In this document: positions 17,306 through 27,219 of the stretch, one piece after another
How the letters are laid out: each line of letters begins with the position of its first letter
How positions within the stretch are numbered: the stretch's first letter is position 1
Assembly (NCBI GenBank): GCA_016218495.1
Contig: JACRDU010000097.1
Location: 841-64,840 of the forward strand
Direction: 5' to 3'
DNA: 64,000 nucleotides
Source: Elusimicrobiota bacterium
GTDB lineage: Bacteria; Elusimicrobiota; Elusimicrobia; UBA1565
Position numbers and translations under genes: made by a program
The notes under the pieces: generated by a model
Told to the model about the DNA's origin: nothing
Database searches by the model: none
Seen by the model: only the letters and a program-made list of their open reading frames with translations

Positions 17306-18004
17306 TCAATCGTCGGGGGATTCCAGCCGATAGCCGACCCCGGGCTCGGTCTTGAGGTGCTTGGGCCGCACGGGATTCGCCTCGATGCGGTGCCGCAGCT
17401 GGTGCACCAGGATGCGCAGCGACTCCGGGGTGCCGGAGCCCTCCGCCCAAGCCTCTTTGAGCAGCTGCTTCTGGGAGACCACGCGTCCGGCGTTGCGCGC
17501 GAGGACGGCCAGGATCTCGAATTGCAGAGGGGAGAGCCGCACCTCCTTCTTGCCCACCAGGACCCGGCGCAAGGCTATGTCGACGCGCAGGTCGCCGCGC
17601 TCGTAGACCGGCTCGTCGGCCTTCCCGGCCCGCTCGGCGTGGCGCAGCGCCACCCGGATGCGGGCCAGGAGCTCCGGCACCCCGAAGGGCTTGGTCAGGT
17701 AGTCGTCGGCCCCGGCGTCGAGGCCGGCGATCTTGTCGCGCTCGTCTCCGCGCGCGGTCAGCACGATGACCGGGGCGGCGCTCCAGCGCCTGAGGCCGGA
17801 CAGGACCTCGAGGCCGTCCATGTCGGGCAGGCCCAGGTCGAGGAGCACGATGTCGGGCTTGCGTCCGACCGCCAAGTCGAGGGCCGCCCGGCCGCGCTGC
17901 GCCTCGACGACCTTGAAACCGGCCTCGCTCAGCGCCGCCCGCAGGAAGCGCAGGATAGAGAGCTCATCGTCGACGACCATGACGGTCTTCTCACTCCCGG
18001 ACAT
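17306..18004 (-). CDS. kdpE: Response regulator KdpE
   Basis: 232-aa OmpR-family regulator (VMVVDDE…IVLLDLGLPDMDG…GADDYLTKPF). It overlaps the kdpD stop by 14 nt and sits at the end of the kdp operon. Confidence 0.9.
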   Translation of the reverse strand: MSGSEKTVMVVDDELSILRFLRAALSEAGFKVVEAQRGRAALDLAVGRKPDIVLLDLGLPDMDGLEVLSGLRRWSAAPVIVLTARGDERDKIAGLDAGADDYLTKPFGVPELLARIRVALRHAERAGKADEPVYERGDLRVDIALRRVLVGKKEVRLSPLQFEILAVLARNAGRVVSQKQLLKEAWAEGSGTPESLRILVHQLRHRIEANPVRPKHLKTEPGVGYRLESPDD

Positions 18005-20657
18005 GGCCGCCTCCCAAGGGCAAGGCGAAGCGGAAACCGGCGCCTCCGCCCTCCCGGTTCTCCGCCCAGATGCGCCCGCCGTGGGCCGCCACCACGGCCT
18101 TGCAGATGGCCAGGCCCAGGCCCGCGCCCCCGCCTCCCGCCGTGGCCCGGTGGAACTTGTCGAAGATGCGTTCCAGCTCGCCGGGGGGTACGCCCGGCCC
18201 GCGGTCAGCCACCATGACCGATAGTTCCCCGCCCCCGGCTTCGGCCGAGACCTCCACCGCCGTCCCCGGCGGGGTATGGCGCACGGCGTTCTCGAGGAGG
18301 TTGACGAACACCTGTTCGAGCAGGACGGGGTCGATCGGGACGAGCGGCAGGTCTTCGGGGACCGCGGTCCGGACCTCGCGCCCGGCGAGCTCCTTCTCCA
18401 GGCGTCCTAGAGCCGAGCCTATGACCTCCTCGATCGGATGCGGCTCTTTCTTGAGCTCGACGCCGGTCGATTCCAGGCGCGTGGTCTCCAGGAGGTTCTG
18501 CACGAGGCGGGCGAGCCGCTTGGCCTCCTCGAGGATGTCCTCGAGCAGAGCCCGCCCCTGCGCATCGGCCGACGAGAAGGAGCCTTGGAGGAGGCTGCCC
18601 GCCGAACCGATGATGGCGGACAACGGCGTGCGCAGGTCGTGCGAGACCGAGCTGAGCAGCGCGCTGCGCAGGCGCTCGGCCTCGGCGCGCAGCTTGGTCG
18701 CGCGCACGTCCTCCTGCAGGGTCTCGACCTCGAGGGCCAGGGCGATCTGGCGGACCAAGGACTCCAGGATCAGGCGCTGGTCGGCGTCGAAGGGGCGCGG
18801 TCCTGTCCGCGGGCGCACCCGCAGGACGCCGGTCGGCCCGCTCCCCCCCTGCAGCGGGAGGTAGAGCGCGTCGACGACCGAAAGGGTCTGGGTGCCGAGG
18901 CCCGCGGGCTGCCCCAGGTCGAAGACCCACTGGGCCACGCTGCGCTCCTTATCGTCGAGGACCGGCGGCTGACCGGACCCGGCCTTGACGTTCAGCAGGC
19001 CGTCCCCGCCCGGAAGAAGCGCCACGGCCTCGCAGTCGAAGACCTGCGCCAGGTGGCGCAGGCCCGCGTCGAGCAGGGCGTCGATGCCCCGCACGCTCGC
19101 CAGCTGCCGGCTCAGCGCATGCATGACCGCCGTCCGGGCCTCGACCTGGCGGGCCGACTCGGCATTCGAGCGCAGGCGCAGGGTGAGATGGCTGATGAGG
19201 AAAGCGGACAGGAACATGACCAGGAAGGTCAACAGATAATGGGTATCCGCCACCACGAATGTGAACCGCGGAGGGACGAAGCAGAAGTCGAAGCAAAGGA
19301 CGCTCAGGACCGAGTAGAACATCGCCGGCCCGCGCATCCCCCGCGCCGCCACCAGGAGCGCCCCCAGGAGATAGACCATCACCAGGTTCGTCAGTTCGAG
19401 GAAGGCCGAGAACGCGAAGCAGACCGCGGTGGTCGCCGCCGCGGCGGCGGCCGCCGCCGCGTAGCCGCTCCAGGTCGAGGGGTCGGAGGTCCCGGGGAAG
19501 AAGCCGGAAGGCGCGTTCGTCCCCGGGTCCCCCCGGAGGACCACGACCTCGATGTCTCCGCTGCGCCGGATGAGCTCGCCGACGAACCCCCCGCCCAGGA
19601 ACTCCCGCCAGCGCGGGCGTTCGCTCTTGCCCACGACGATCTTCGTGGCGTTCCAGCGCCGCGCCAGCTCGAGGAGCCCCTCCACCACCCCGGCGGCGGA
19701 ATAAGTCTCGGTCTGGGCTCCCAGGCCTTCGGCCAGGCGCAGGGTCTCCAGCGCCCGGGCCCGGTCCGCCGCGTCGAGGGGATGACGCTCCGATTCGATG
19801 AAGGCGGCCGCCCATTCGGCGCGGGACGATGCCGCCATGCGCCGGGCGGCCCGGACCAGGCGCGGGGAATTGGGGCCGGGGCCGACGCAGACCAGGATGC
19901 GTTCGGCGGTAGGCCAGATCGTCTCGGGGGCCTGCAAGGCCCGATAGCTCTCCAGAGCCTTTCCAACGCCCTGGGCGGTGACCCGCAGCGCAAGCTCACG
20001 GAGCGCCGTCAGGTTGGACAGCCTGAAGAAGCCCTCCGTAGCGCGCGCGGCCTGCTCGGGGACATAGACCTTGCCCGCCTTCAGCCGTTCGAGCAGCTCC
20101 TCGGGCGGGAGGTCGACGAGCTCGATGTCGGCCCCCTCGATGACCGAGTCCGGCACCGTCTCGCGCACCGTCACCCCGGTGATGCGGGCGACGACGTCGT
20201 TGAGGCTCTCGAGGTGCTGAACGTTGAGGGTGGCGTACACGTCGACCCCGGCACCGAGGAGTTCCGCCACATCCTGCCAACGCTTGGCATTCCGCGAGCC
20301 CGGCGCGTTGGCATGGGCCAGTTCGTCGACCAGGATGAGAGGAGGACGGCGCGCCAGGCCCGCATCGAGGTCGAACTCCTCCAGCACGATGCCGCGGTGC
20401 TCGACGGTCCTGCGTGCCAGGACCTCGAGGCCCTCGAGCAGCGCAAGGGTTTCGCGGCGCCCATGGGTCTCGGCCACGCCGACCAGGACGGCGACCCCCT
20501 CGCGGCGCTTGCTGCGGGCGGCCTCCAGCATGGTGAAGGTCTTCCCGACCCCCGGCGCCGCGCCGAGGAAGACCTTGAGGCGACCGCCGGCCGCCGCCCC
20601 GGCCTCGCGGGCCGCCTGGGCCAGGAACGCCTCGGGGTTGCGCCGGGTGGGTTCCAT
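17991..20657 (-). CDS. kdpD: Sensor histidine kinase KdpD
   Basis: 888-aa ORF. It has the KdpD N-terminal domain (LGAAPGVGKTFTML), a USP-like region, four TM helices, the H-box SSVSHDLRTPLSAI, and G-boxes (DRGPGVP, GGAGLGLAICK). Confidence 0.95.
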   Translation of the reverse strand: MEPTRRNPEAFLAQAAREAGAAAGGRLKVFLGAAPGVGKTFTMLEAARSKRREGVAVLVGVAETHGRRETLALLEGLEVLARRTVEHRGIVLEEFDLDAGLARRPPLILVDELAHANAPGSRNAKRWQDVAELLGAGVDVYATLNVQHLESLNDVVARITGVTVRETVPDSVIEGADIELVDLPPEELLERLKAGKVYVPEQAARATEGFFRLSNLTALRELALRVTAQGVGKALESYRALQAPETIWPTAERILVCVGPGPNSPRLVRAARRMAASSRAEWAAAFIESERHPLDAADRARALETLRLAEGLGAQTETYSAAGVVEGLLELARRWNATKIVVGKSERPRWREFLGGGFVGELIRRSGDIEVVVLRGDPGTNAPSGFFPGTSDPSTWSGYAAAAAAAAATTAVCFAFSAFLELTNLVMVYLLGALLVAARGMRGPAMFYSVLSVLCFDFCFVPPRFTFVVADTHYLLTFLVMFLSAFLISHLTLRLRSNAESARQVEARTAVMHALSRQLASVRGIDALLDAGLRHLAQVFDCEAVALLPGGDGLLNVKAGSGQPPVLDDKERSVAQWVFDLGQPAGLGTQTLSVVDALYLPLQGGSGPTGVLRVRPRTGPRPFDADQRLILESLVRQIALALEVETLQEDVRATKLRAEAERLRSALLSSVSHDLRTPLSAIIGSAGSLLQGSFSSADAQGRALLEDILEEAKRLARLVQNLLETTRLESTGVELKKEPHPIEEVIGSALGRLEKELAGREVRTAVPEDLPLVPIDPVLLEQVFVNLLENAVRHTPPGTAVEVSAEAGGGELSVMVADRGPGVPPGELERIFDKFHRATAGGGGAGLGLAICKAVVAAHGGRIWAENREGGGAGFRFALPLGGGHVRE

Positions 20658-20662
20658 CGCTC

Positions 20663-21124
20663 TCAGACCGGGAGGTCGGCCAGCAGGCTGTAGATCGCGG
20701 CGGCCGAACCCGCCCGCCTGAGCCTGGCGAGGAGCTTCACGTCGGAGCCGACCCGGCTCAGGGCCGCCAACGACCGCAGATGGGCCTTCGAGTCCTCCGC
20801 CGGGGCGGCCAGCAGGAAGACCAGGTCTACCGGCCGGCCGTCGGCCGCCTTGAAGTCCAGCGGGACGGCGGCCACCCCCACCGCCAGCCGGGGGACCGTC
20901 AGGAGCGTCGTGCGCGCGTGAGGGACGGCGATTCCGGAACCCAGTCCGGTCGACCCGGCGCGCTCCCGGGTCAAGACGGCCGCCTCGAGCCCCCCCCGGT
21001 CCTGAGCGGCCGTCAGCGGCAGGGCCTCCACGAGCAGCTTGACGGCCTCCTCCATGCTCCGGGCCGTCAGGGGGACCAGCACCGATTCCGGCGACAGCAC
21101 GTCGGAAAGCCTAGCGAGAGGCAT
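20663..21124 (-). CDS. ptsN: PTS EIIA type-2 / EIIA(Ntr) PtsN-like protein embedded in the kdp operon
   Basis: Last 153 codons of ORF 20663..23686, starting at ATG 21124 (1-nt overlap with the kdpC stop) and ending 5 nt before kdpD. It reads [19 protein letters not shown]…, with the phosphorylatable-His context GSGIAVPHART. Confidence 0.8.
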   Translation of the reverse strand: MPLARLSDVLSPESVLVPLTARSMEEAVKLLVEALPLTAAQDRGGLEAAVLTRERAGSTGLGSGIAVPHARTTLLTVPRLAVGVAAVPLDFKAADGRPVDLVFLLAAPAEDSKAHLRSLAALSRVGSDVKLLARLRRAGSAAAIYSLLADLPV

Positions 21125-21756
21125 CACTTTGAAAGTAGCACTTCTTCCATCGGGCGTCCATGAGGCCCCGCCTTCTGACGCAGGCCTTCCAGGTCCAGGT
21201 TCAGGAGCAGGACGTTGACCCGCGGCTCGCCGAGCAGGCCGAGCAGGCGGCCCTCGACCCGGCGCTCGAGCAGGGTCCGCACCTCCGCCTCGGAGCGGCC
21301 CAGCGCCCGCGCGACCCGGGGGACCTGGTAGGTGGCCGCGGCAGGGCTGATGTGGGGGTCGAGCCCGCTGGCGGACGCCGTGACGAGGTCGACGGGGGCG
21401 GGCCGCGCGTTCCCGGGGTCGGCCCCGCGCAGCGCTTCGACCCGTGCTCTGACGGCGTCGAGCAGGGCCGGGTTTGTCGGCCCCAGGTTCGAGCCCGACG
21501 AGGCGGCGGCGTTGTAGGGGGACGGCCCCGTCGCCGAAGGGCGGCCCCAGAAGCGCCCGGGGTCCGAAAAGGCCTGGCCGATGAGCTCGGAGCCGACGGC
21601 CCTCCCGCCGCGCTCGACGAGGCTGCCGTTGGCCCGCCATGGGAACAACAGCTGGGCCGCGGCCGTCACCGCGGCCGGATAGACCACGCCCGTCAAGGCG
21701 GAGAGGACCAGCAGGCTCATCGCCGCCGGACGAAATTGGCTCAAGACCGTTCCCAT
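21124..21756 (-). CDS. kdpC: K+-transporting ATPase subunit KdpC
   Basis: 210-aa ORF with an N-terminal TM helix, [12 protein letters not shown] and [12 protein letters not shown] motifs, and the expected position after kdpB. Confidence 0.93.
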   Translation of the reverse strand: MGTVLSQFRPAAMSLLVLSALTGVVYPAAVTAAAQLLFPWRANGSLVERGGRAVGSELIGQAFSDPGRFWGRPSATGPSPYNAAASSGSNLGPTNPALLDAVRARVEALRGADPGNARPAPVDLVTASASGLDPHISPAAATYQVPRVARALGRSEAEVRTLLERRVEGRLLGLLGEPRVNVLLLNLDLEGLRQKAGPHGRPMEEVLLSK

Positions 21757-21765
21757 AGCCCCCCC

Positions 21766-23838
21766 TTACGCCAGCCCCAGCCCGGCGAGCAGCATGTCGA
21801 TCAGTTTGATGCCGATGAAGGGGACGATGAGCCCGCCCGCTCCGTAGACCAGGGCGTTCGTGCGCAGCAGCTGCGCCGCGCCGACGCGCCGGTATGCGAC
21901 CCCGCGCAGCGCCAGCGGGATGAGCGCCACGATGACCAGCGCGTTGAAGATGACCGCCGACAGGATGGCGCTCTGCGGCGTGGCCAGGCGCATCACGTTC
22001 AACGCCGCCAGGGCCGGATAGGTGCCCAGAAAGGCCGCGGGGACGATGGCGAAGTACTTGGCCACGTCGTTGGCGATGGAGAAAGTCGTAAGCGCCCCTC
22101 GCGTCATCAGGAGCTGCTTGCCGATTTCGACGATTTCGATTAGCTTGGTCGGGTTCGAGTCGAGGTCCACCAGGTTCCCGGCCTCCTTGGCGGCTTGAGT
22201 GCCCGTGTTCATCGCCACGGCCACATCGGCCTGCGCCAGCGCCGGGGCGTCGTTGGTGCCGTCTCCCGTCATCGCCACGAGCCTCCCCTCTCCCTGGAGC
22301 CGGCGGATGAACGCGAGCTTGTCCTCCGGGGTCGCTTGGGCCAGGAAGTCGTCGACGCCGGCTTCCGCCGCGATGGCGGCGGCCGTCAGGGGGTTGTCGC
22401 CGGTGATCATGATGGTCTTGATGCCCATGTGACGGAGGTCGGCGAAGCGCTCGCGGATGCCGCCCTTTACGATGTCCTTGAGGCGGATGATGCCGAGGAC
22501 CTTGGCGCCCTCGGAGACGACGAGCGGCGTCTCGCCCTGGCGGGCCACCGTGTCGACGAGCTGGCGGAACCCGGCGGGCAGCGAGCCGCCTTGAGCCCGA
22601 ACGTGGGCCTCCACGGCGTCCACGGCGCCCTTGCGGATGACCCGACCGGGCAGGTCCACGCCGCTCATGCGCGTGCGCGCCGAGAACGGGACGAACTTGG
22701 CCTGCAGCTCGTGCAGGTCGCGGCCGCGGAGCCCGTACTTCTCCTTGGCGAGGACCACGATGCTGCGGCCCTCCGGCGTCTCGTCGGGCAGCGAAGCCAG
22801 CTGGGCGGCGTCCGCCAGCGCCTCGCGGCTCACTCCCTCCGCGGGCAGGAACTCGGTGGCCTGCCGGTTGCCGAGGGTGATGGTCCCGGTCTTGTCGAGG
22901 AGCAGGATGTCCACATCGCCGGCGGCCTCGACCGCCCGGCCCGACATCGCGATGACGTTGGCCTGGATCATCCGGTCCATCCCGGCGACTCCGATGGCCG
23001 ACAGGAGGCCTCCGATGGTGGTCGGGGCCAGGCACACGAAGAGGGCTACCAGCACCGTCACCGGGACCACCGAGCCCGCCCCGGCCGCCGCCACGGCGTA
23101 TGCGGAATACGGAAGGAGCGTCGCGCAGACCAACAGGAAGATTATGGTCATCGCCGCGAGCAGGATGTTGAGCGCGATCTCGTTGGGCGTCTTCTGGCGG
23201 CTGGCGCCCTCGACGAGCGCGATCATGCGGTCGAGGAAGCCGGTGCCGGGGTCGGCGGTGACGCGCACGATGAGCCAGTCCGAGAGCACCGACGTCCCGC
23301 CCGTCACCGCGCTGCGGTCGCCGCCGCTTTCGCGTATGACGGGAGCGGACTCGCCCGTGACGGCCGCCTCGTTGACCGAGGCCGCCCCATCGACGACCTC
23401 GCCGTCGGCCGGTATGACGTCGCCGGCCTCGACGAGCACGAATTCGCCGGCGCGCAGGCTCCCCGACGCGACGACGGCGTACTTGGCCCCGCGCCGCGGC
23501 TCGGGCAGGCGCTTGGCCGAGGTCTCCTTGCGGGCCTTGCGCAGCGTGTCGGCCTGCGCCTTGCCCCTCCCTTCGGCCATCGCCTCGGCGAAGTCCGCGA
23601 AGAGCAGGGTGAACCAGAGCCACATCGAGACCGCCAGGATGAAGCCCGCGGGGGCCTCGCCCGGGCCGAGCAGGGCCTGGACCCACAGGGCGGTCGTGAG
23701 CAGGCTCCCGACGAAGACGCAGAACATCACCGGGTTGCGCAGTTGGTGGCGCAAGGAGAGCTTGAGCACGGACTCCTGCAGCGCGCGCAGGACGATGGGC
23801 GGGTCGAACAGCGGGCGCGACTTGGGCTTTTCGCTCAT
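21766..23838 (-). CDS. kdpB: K+-transporting P-type ATPase subunit KdpB
   Basis: 690-aa ORF with P-type ATPase motifs: TGES, DKTGTIT, MITGDNP, and [16 protein letters not shown]. Confidence 0.97.
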   Translation of the reverse strand: MSEKPKSRPLFDPPIVLRALQESVLKLSLRHQLRNPVMFCVFVGSLLTTALWVQALLGPGEAPAGFILAVSMWLWFTLLFADFAEAMAEGRGKAQADTLRKARKETSAKRLPEPRRGAKYAVVASGSLRAGEFVLVEAGDVIPADGEVVDGAASVNEAAVTGESAPVIRESGGDRSAVTGGTSVLSDWLIVRVTADPGTGFLDRMIALVEGASRQKTPNEIALNILLAAMTIIFLLVCATLLPYSAYAVAAAGAGSVVPVTVLVALFVCLAPTTIGGLLSAIGVAGMDRMIQANVIAMSGRAVEAAGDVDILLLDKTGTITLGNRQATEFLPAEGVSREALADAAQLASLPDETPEGRSIVVLAKEKYGLRGRDLHELQAKFVPFSARTRMSGVDLPGRVIRKGAVDAVEAHVRAQGGSLPAGFRQLVDTVARQGETPLVVSEGAKVLGIIRLKDIVKGGIRERFADLRHMGIKTIMITGDNPLTAAAIAAEAGVDDFLAQATPEDKLAFIRRLQGEGRLVAMTGDGTNDAPALAQADVAVAMNTGTQAAKEAGNLVDLDSNPTKLIEIVEIGKQLLMTRGALTTFSIANDVAKYFAIVPAAFLGTYPALAALNVMRLATPQSAILSAVIFNALVIVALIPLALRGVAYRRVGAAQLLRTNALVYGAGGLIVPFIGIKLIDMLLAGLGLA

Positions 23839-23839
23839 G

Positions 23840-25555
23840 CTAGCGGCCTCCGAGCATCGCGAGATGCTCGACGACGGGGCCCAGAGCCAACGCGGGCACG
23901 AAGGTCAGCGCGCCGACGATGAGGACGACCCCCACGACCAGGCAGACGAACAGAGGGGTATGCGTCGGCAGCGTCCCTTCACCCGCCGGGACGGCCTTCT
24001 TGGCCGACAGCGACCCGGCCATCGCCAGCACCGGGACCATGATCCAATAGCGGCTCAAGAGCATCACGACGCCGCCCACGACGTTGTAGAAGGGCGCGTT
24101 GGCGGAGAGTCCCGCGAAGGCGGAACCGTTGTTGTTGCCCATCGACGAAAACGCGTAGAGGACCTCCGAGAAGCCGTGGGCTCCGGGATTGGCCATCGAA
24201 GCCTTGGCCCCGGTGACCACCGCCAAGGCCGTGGGCAGGAGCACCAGGAAGGGCGGGACCAGGACGGCCAGCGAGGCCATCTTCATCTCGGAGGGCTCGA
24301 TTTTCTTGCCCAGGTACTCGGGCGTGCGGCCGACCATCAGGCCCGCGACGAACACCGCCACGATGACGAACACGAGCATCCCGTAGAGGCCCGAACCCAC
24401 GCCGCCGTAGACGACCTCGCCGAGCTGCATGAGGAACAGCGGCACGAGGCCGCCCAGGGGCGTGAACGAATCGTGCATCGCGTTGACCGAGCCGTTGGAG
24501 GCGGCGGTCGTGGCGGCCGCCCAGAGCCCCGAGTTCACGATGCCGAACCGGACCTCCTTGCCCTCCATGTTCCCGCCGGAGGAGGCCGCGGCGGCGGCCT
24601 CCACGACGGCCTGGTCGACGCCCAGGCGCGCGACCGCGGGATTCCCCGCCTGCTCCGCGGCCACGCAGAGCAAGGCCAGCGGGACGAAGAGGACGCTCAT
24701 GGCGCCTAGGACGGACCAACCCTGGCGCGGGTCGCCCACCATGACGCCGAACATCACGCAGCAGGCCGCCGCCAGCGCCAGAATTCCCCACATCTCCAGG
24801 AAGTTGGAGAGCGGAGTGGGGTTCTCGAGGGGATGGGCGGAGTTGACGTTGAAATAGCCGCCGCCGTTGGTTCCGAGCTGCTTGATGGCGACCTGGGAGG
24901 CGACCGGGCCGCGGGCGATTTCAACGGCTCCGACTCTTGCCGCGGGCTGAAAGGTCTGCACCACGCCCTGCGAGACCAAGGCCAGGGCCAGCACGAATGA
25001 CAGCGGCAGGAGGATGTAGAGCGTGCCGCGCACGAGGTCGGCCCAGAAGCTGCCCAGGCCGGGCTGCTCCTTCTGCCGCAGGCCCCGGACGAGGGCCGCG
25101 AGGACGGCCAGCCCGGAGGCCGCGGAGACGAAGTTCTGCACGGTGAGCGCGAGCATCTGCGTGAGATAGCTCATCGTCGTCTCGCCGCCGTAGCCCTGCC
25201 AGTTGGTGTTGGTGGCGAAGCTGGCCGCGGTGTTGAACGCGCTGTGCGCCGGCACGGCCCCGAAACCCGCCGGATTGAACGGCAGCAGACCCTGAAGGCG
25301 CTGCAGGGCGTAGACCGCGACGAGCCCCAGGAAGTTGAAGAGCAGGACGGCCGCTGCGTACGCCTTCCAACCCTGCTGCTCGAGCGGGTCGACGCCGGAC
25401 AGGCGGTAGCTCAGGCGCTCAAGGGGCCCGAGCAGGCGCCCCAGCCGGCCGGTCTTTCCTTCATAGACCCGGGCCATGTACGGCCCGTACGCCGCCGCGA
25501 AGCCGAGCACGGCCCCGAGGAACAGCGCGCACTGGGCGTAGGCGTTGGCGGTCAT
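23840..25555 (-). CDS. kdpA: K+-transporting ATPase subunit KdpA
   Basis: 571-aa polytopic ORF with typical KdpA blocks (…[10 protein letters not shown]…, …[16 protein letters not shown]…, …[10 protein letters not shown]…). Confidence 0.96.
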   Translation of the reverse strand: MTANAYAQCALFLGAVLGFAAAYGPYMARVYEGKTGRLGRLLGPLERLSYRLSGVDPLEQQGWKAYAAAVLLFNFLGLVAVYALQRLQGLLPFNPAGFGAVPAHSAFNTAASFATNTNWQGYGGETTMSYLTQMLALTVQNFVSAASGLAVLAALVRGLRQKEQPGLGSFWADLVRGTLYILLPLSFVLALALVSQGVVQTFQPAARVGAVEIARGPVASQVAIKQLGTNGGGYFNVNSAHPLENPTPLSNFLEMWGILALAAACCVMFGVMVGDPRQGWSVLGAMSVLFVPLALLCVAAEQAGNPAVARLGVDQAVVEAAAAASSGGNMEGKEVRFGIVNSGLWAAATTAASNGSVNAMHDSFTPLGGLVPLFLMQLGEVVYGGVGSGLYGMLVFVIVAVFVAGLMVGRTPEYLGKKIEPSEMKMASLAVLVPPFLVLLPTALAVVTGAKASMANPGAHGFSEVLYAFSSMGNNNGSAFAGLSANAPFYNVVGGVVMLLSRYWIMVPVLAMAGSLSAKKAVPAGEGTLPTHTPLFVCLVVGVVLIVGALTFVPALALGPVVEHLAMLGGR

Positions 25556-25564
25556 GGCGGCCCC

Positions 25565-25654
25565 CTAGAACTGCTCCGGCTTGAAGAGGGCCAGGAACAG
25601 GTATGCGAACAGGCCCAGCGTCAGCACCAGCGCGACGGCGTGGAACGGGTTCAT
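25565..25654 (-). CDS. kdpF: K+-transporting ATPase subunit F (KdpF), 29 aa
   Basis: Not in the ORF track. Hand translation of the minus strand gives MNPFHAVALVLTLGLFAYLFLALFKPEQF*, a single hydrophobic helix with the typical KdpF C-terminal …L..PE.F. It ends 9 nt upstream of kdpA. Confidence 0.8.
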   Translation of the reverse strand: MNPFHAVALVLTLGLFAYLFLALFKPEQF

Positions 25655-25663
25655 GGCATGCCC

Positions 25664-25762
25664 CTACGAACCGCTCCGCGACAGACGGTCGAGGAGTTCG
25701 ACGAGCCCCCATGTCAGGGTGAAGAAAGCAGCGCTCAGAGCCAGATAGGCCAGGTCTTCCAT
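25664..25762 (-). CDS. 32-aa single-helix membrane peptide upstream of kdpF
   Basis: Not in the ORF track. An AGGAGG (25771-25766) lies 3 nt before ATG 25762. Translation gives MEDLAYLALSAAFFTLTWGLVELLDRLSRSGS*. It sits between the porin stop and kdpF with 9-nt gaps. Confidence 0.5.
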   Translation of the reverse strand: MEDLAYLALSAAFFTLTWGLVELLDRLSRSGS

Positions 25763-25769
25763 GGTCCTC

Positions 25770-26858
25770 CTAGAAGGTAAGCGCCAGGGAGGTGACGACG
25801 ACGCCGTCGGAACGGGAAAAGCTGCCCCCAGGCCGCTTCGGATACACCGCCTCCTCGCACCACAATTGCCTGAACTCGGTGCGCCAGAGCAGCTGTTCGT
25901 GCAGGGCTACATCGACGTTGGCCGAGGCCCCCGTGCCCCTGAAGGAGGCCGGGAGACCCGTCACGACGACGACCTGCCCCCGGTCGACCAAACGCTCCAC
26001 GCGCGCGGCCGCGGCGACGCGTTTGCTGAACCGCCAGCGGGCCAGCAATGCTCCGGCGTGCCATTGCGAGAACCCGCGCATGCCGGAGGGACGCTTCTGG
26101 AGGCCGTAATCGAACGCCGCGGCCAGACGCAGGCGGCCGAACTCCGGGGTCTTGATGACCAGGTCGTTGAAGAAGCGCCCCTGGTTGCCGACCTCCTGGC
26201 CCCAGAAATTGTTATAGGCGGCGGACCAGCCGTCCGGTCCGGTCCAGGCCAACTGGCCCCCCAGAGCCTTGTTCTCGTTGTTCTCGGAGATGTTCTGCCA
26301 GCCGTTGAGGACATGGAGCTGGGCTGACCACGAATCGTTGACCTGATACCCGGCCTTCACGCCGGCCTGATAATAAGGAGAGTAGTCCGCCATCAAGGAG
26401 CGGGTATAGGTCCAATTGTCGCGCGAGACCCACGATTCCAGGCCGATGTGCGAGAAGAAGACCCCGGCGTCGACCCAGAGCCGGGGCGTAGCCCTGTAGC
26501 CGACCACGGCCTCCTGGACGTGGCGTCCCAGGTCGGGGCCGCCGACCGTCCCGACGCGCGGTTCACCCGCGTAGTTGGCCTGCACGGAATTCCCCGCCTG
26601 CAGGGCCAAGCGCCCGCGCACGCGCTCCCCGCTGACCACGGCCTCGATGAAGGCCAGGTTCGCGTTGAACTCGTTGTGGCGGGCCGGCTGCGTGGCGAAG
26701 GAGCGGTCGCGGTTCGGAGGGCGGAGCGCGTCGTAGGCATAGTAGGCGTCGATGAAGCCGCCGAACTTCACGCTGAGCGGGTCCGCCGCGTCGGAAGCGC
26801 CTGACGCGGCGCAGGCGGAAAGACAGAGCAAGAGCCCGGCGCGGGCGAAGCGCCGCAT
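25770..26858 (-). CDS. Outer-membrane beta-barrel porin at the head of the kdp operon
   Basis: 362-aa ORF with signal peptide MRRFARAGLLLCLSACAASGA, aromatic-girdle-rich alternating strands, and a C-terminal …VVTSLALTF. Confidence 0.8.
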   Translation of the reverse strand: MRRFARAGLLLCLSACAASGASDAADPLSVKFGGFIDAYYAYDALRPPNRDRSFATQPARHNEFNANLAFIEAVVSGERVRGRLALQAGNSVQANYAGEPRVGTVGGPDLGRHVQEAVVGYRATPRLWVDAGVFFSHIGLESWVSRDNWTYTRSLMADYSPYYQAGVKAGYQVNDSWSAQLHVLNGWQNISENNENKALGGQLAWTGPDGWSAAYNNFWGQEVGNQGRFFNDLVIKTPEFGRLRLAAAFDYGLQKRPSGMRGFSQWHAGALLARWRFSKRVAAAARVERLVDRGQVVVVTGLPASFRGTGASANVDVALHEQLLWRTEFRQLWCEEAVYPKRPGGSFSRSDGVVVTSLALTF

Positions 26859-26859
26859 G

Positions 26860-27132
26860 TCAGAATCCGGCGCGGAGGCCGACGACGACCCGGCCGTAGC
26901 GCCCGCGCCGGATGAATCCCCTCAGGGCCGGCTCCGGGGACTCCGCCTCGAGGAACCAGGAGACCGCCCCGAACTCGTCGGCCAGGGCACGGCGGTGGGC
27001 GGGGGTCGTGCCGCCCCTGGAGAGGTGCACGACATGGAGTTCGGCCCCGCGCCGCGCCGCCAGGGCGGCGGCCTCAGCTAGGACTGCCCGCGGGCGGGGC
27101 TCATCGACCGGCAGGCAGGCGAGGACCTTCAT
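26860..27132 (-). CDS. Small universal-stress-protein-like protein (90 aa)
   Basis: MKVLACLPVDEPRPRAVLAEAAALAARRGAELHVVHL… resembles the first half of a USP fold. It ends 1 nt before the porin start codon. Assignment is tentative. Confidence 0.45.
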   Translation of the reverse strand: MKVLACLPVDEPRPRAVLAEAAALAARRGAELHVVHLSRGGTTPAHRRALADEFGAVSWFLEAESPEPALRGFIRRGRYGRVVVGLRAGF

Positions 27133-27157
27133 GCCCTCAGTATGCGGCGGGGGCCCG

Positions 27158-27216
27158 TTAAGGGGCCATAGCCAGGCCGTTAACGGACCATTAACGCCGC
27201 CTTAAGGTATTGTTAA
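27158..27216. promoter_or_regulatory. Array of five TTAA-core motifs phased at 22/11/11/11 bp in the kdp-kup divergent intergenic region
   Basis: gGTTAAg (TTAA 27158-61), CCGTTAACGG (27180-83, a perfect 10-nt palindrome), cATTAACg (27191-94), CCTTAAGG (27202-05, palindrome) and tGTTAACg (27213-16). All lie inside the 87-nt gap between ATG 27132 (-) and GTG 27220 (+). Confidence 0.5.
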
Positions 27217-27219
27217 CGG

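Noticed and set aside
18438-20693. A 751-aa ORF antisense to kdpD. Similar antisense or out-of-frame ORFs occur at 22195..23922, 22631..24709, 54733..57579, 55568..57598, 39416..41164 and 27754..29085.
   Set aside because: All lie opposite or out of frame with genes that carry unambiguous family motifs (KdpD, KdpB, KdpA, ATP-grasp/MFS, MoxR, Kup). Their translations are Arg/Gly/Pro/Asp-rich with no motifs. They are GC-driven artefacts.
20663-23686. A 1,007-aa minus-strand ORF that would fuse the EIIA-like gene to a long N-terminal extension across kdpC and kdpB.
   Set aside because: The extension is out of frame with kdpB and kdpC, which are clearly real, and is junk-like. Only the last 153 codons, starting at the ATG that overlaps the kdpC stop, form an EIIA domain.
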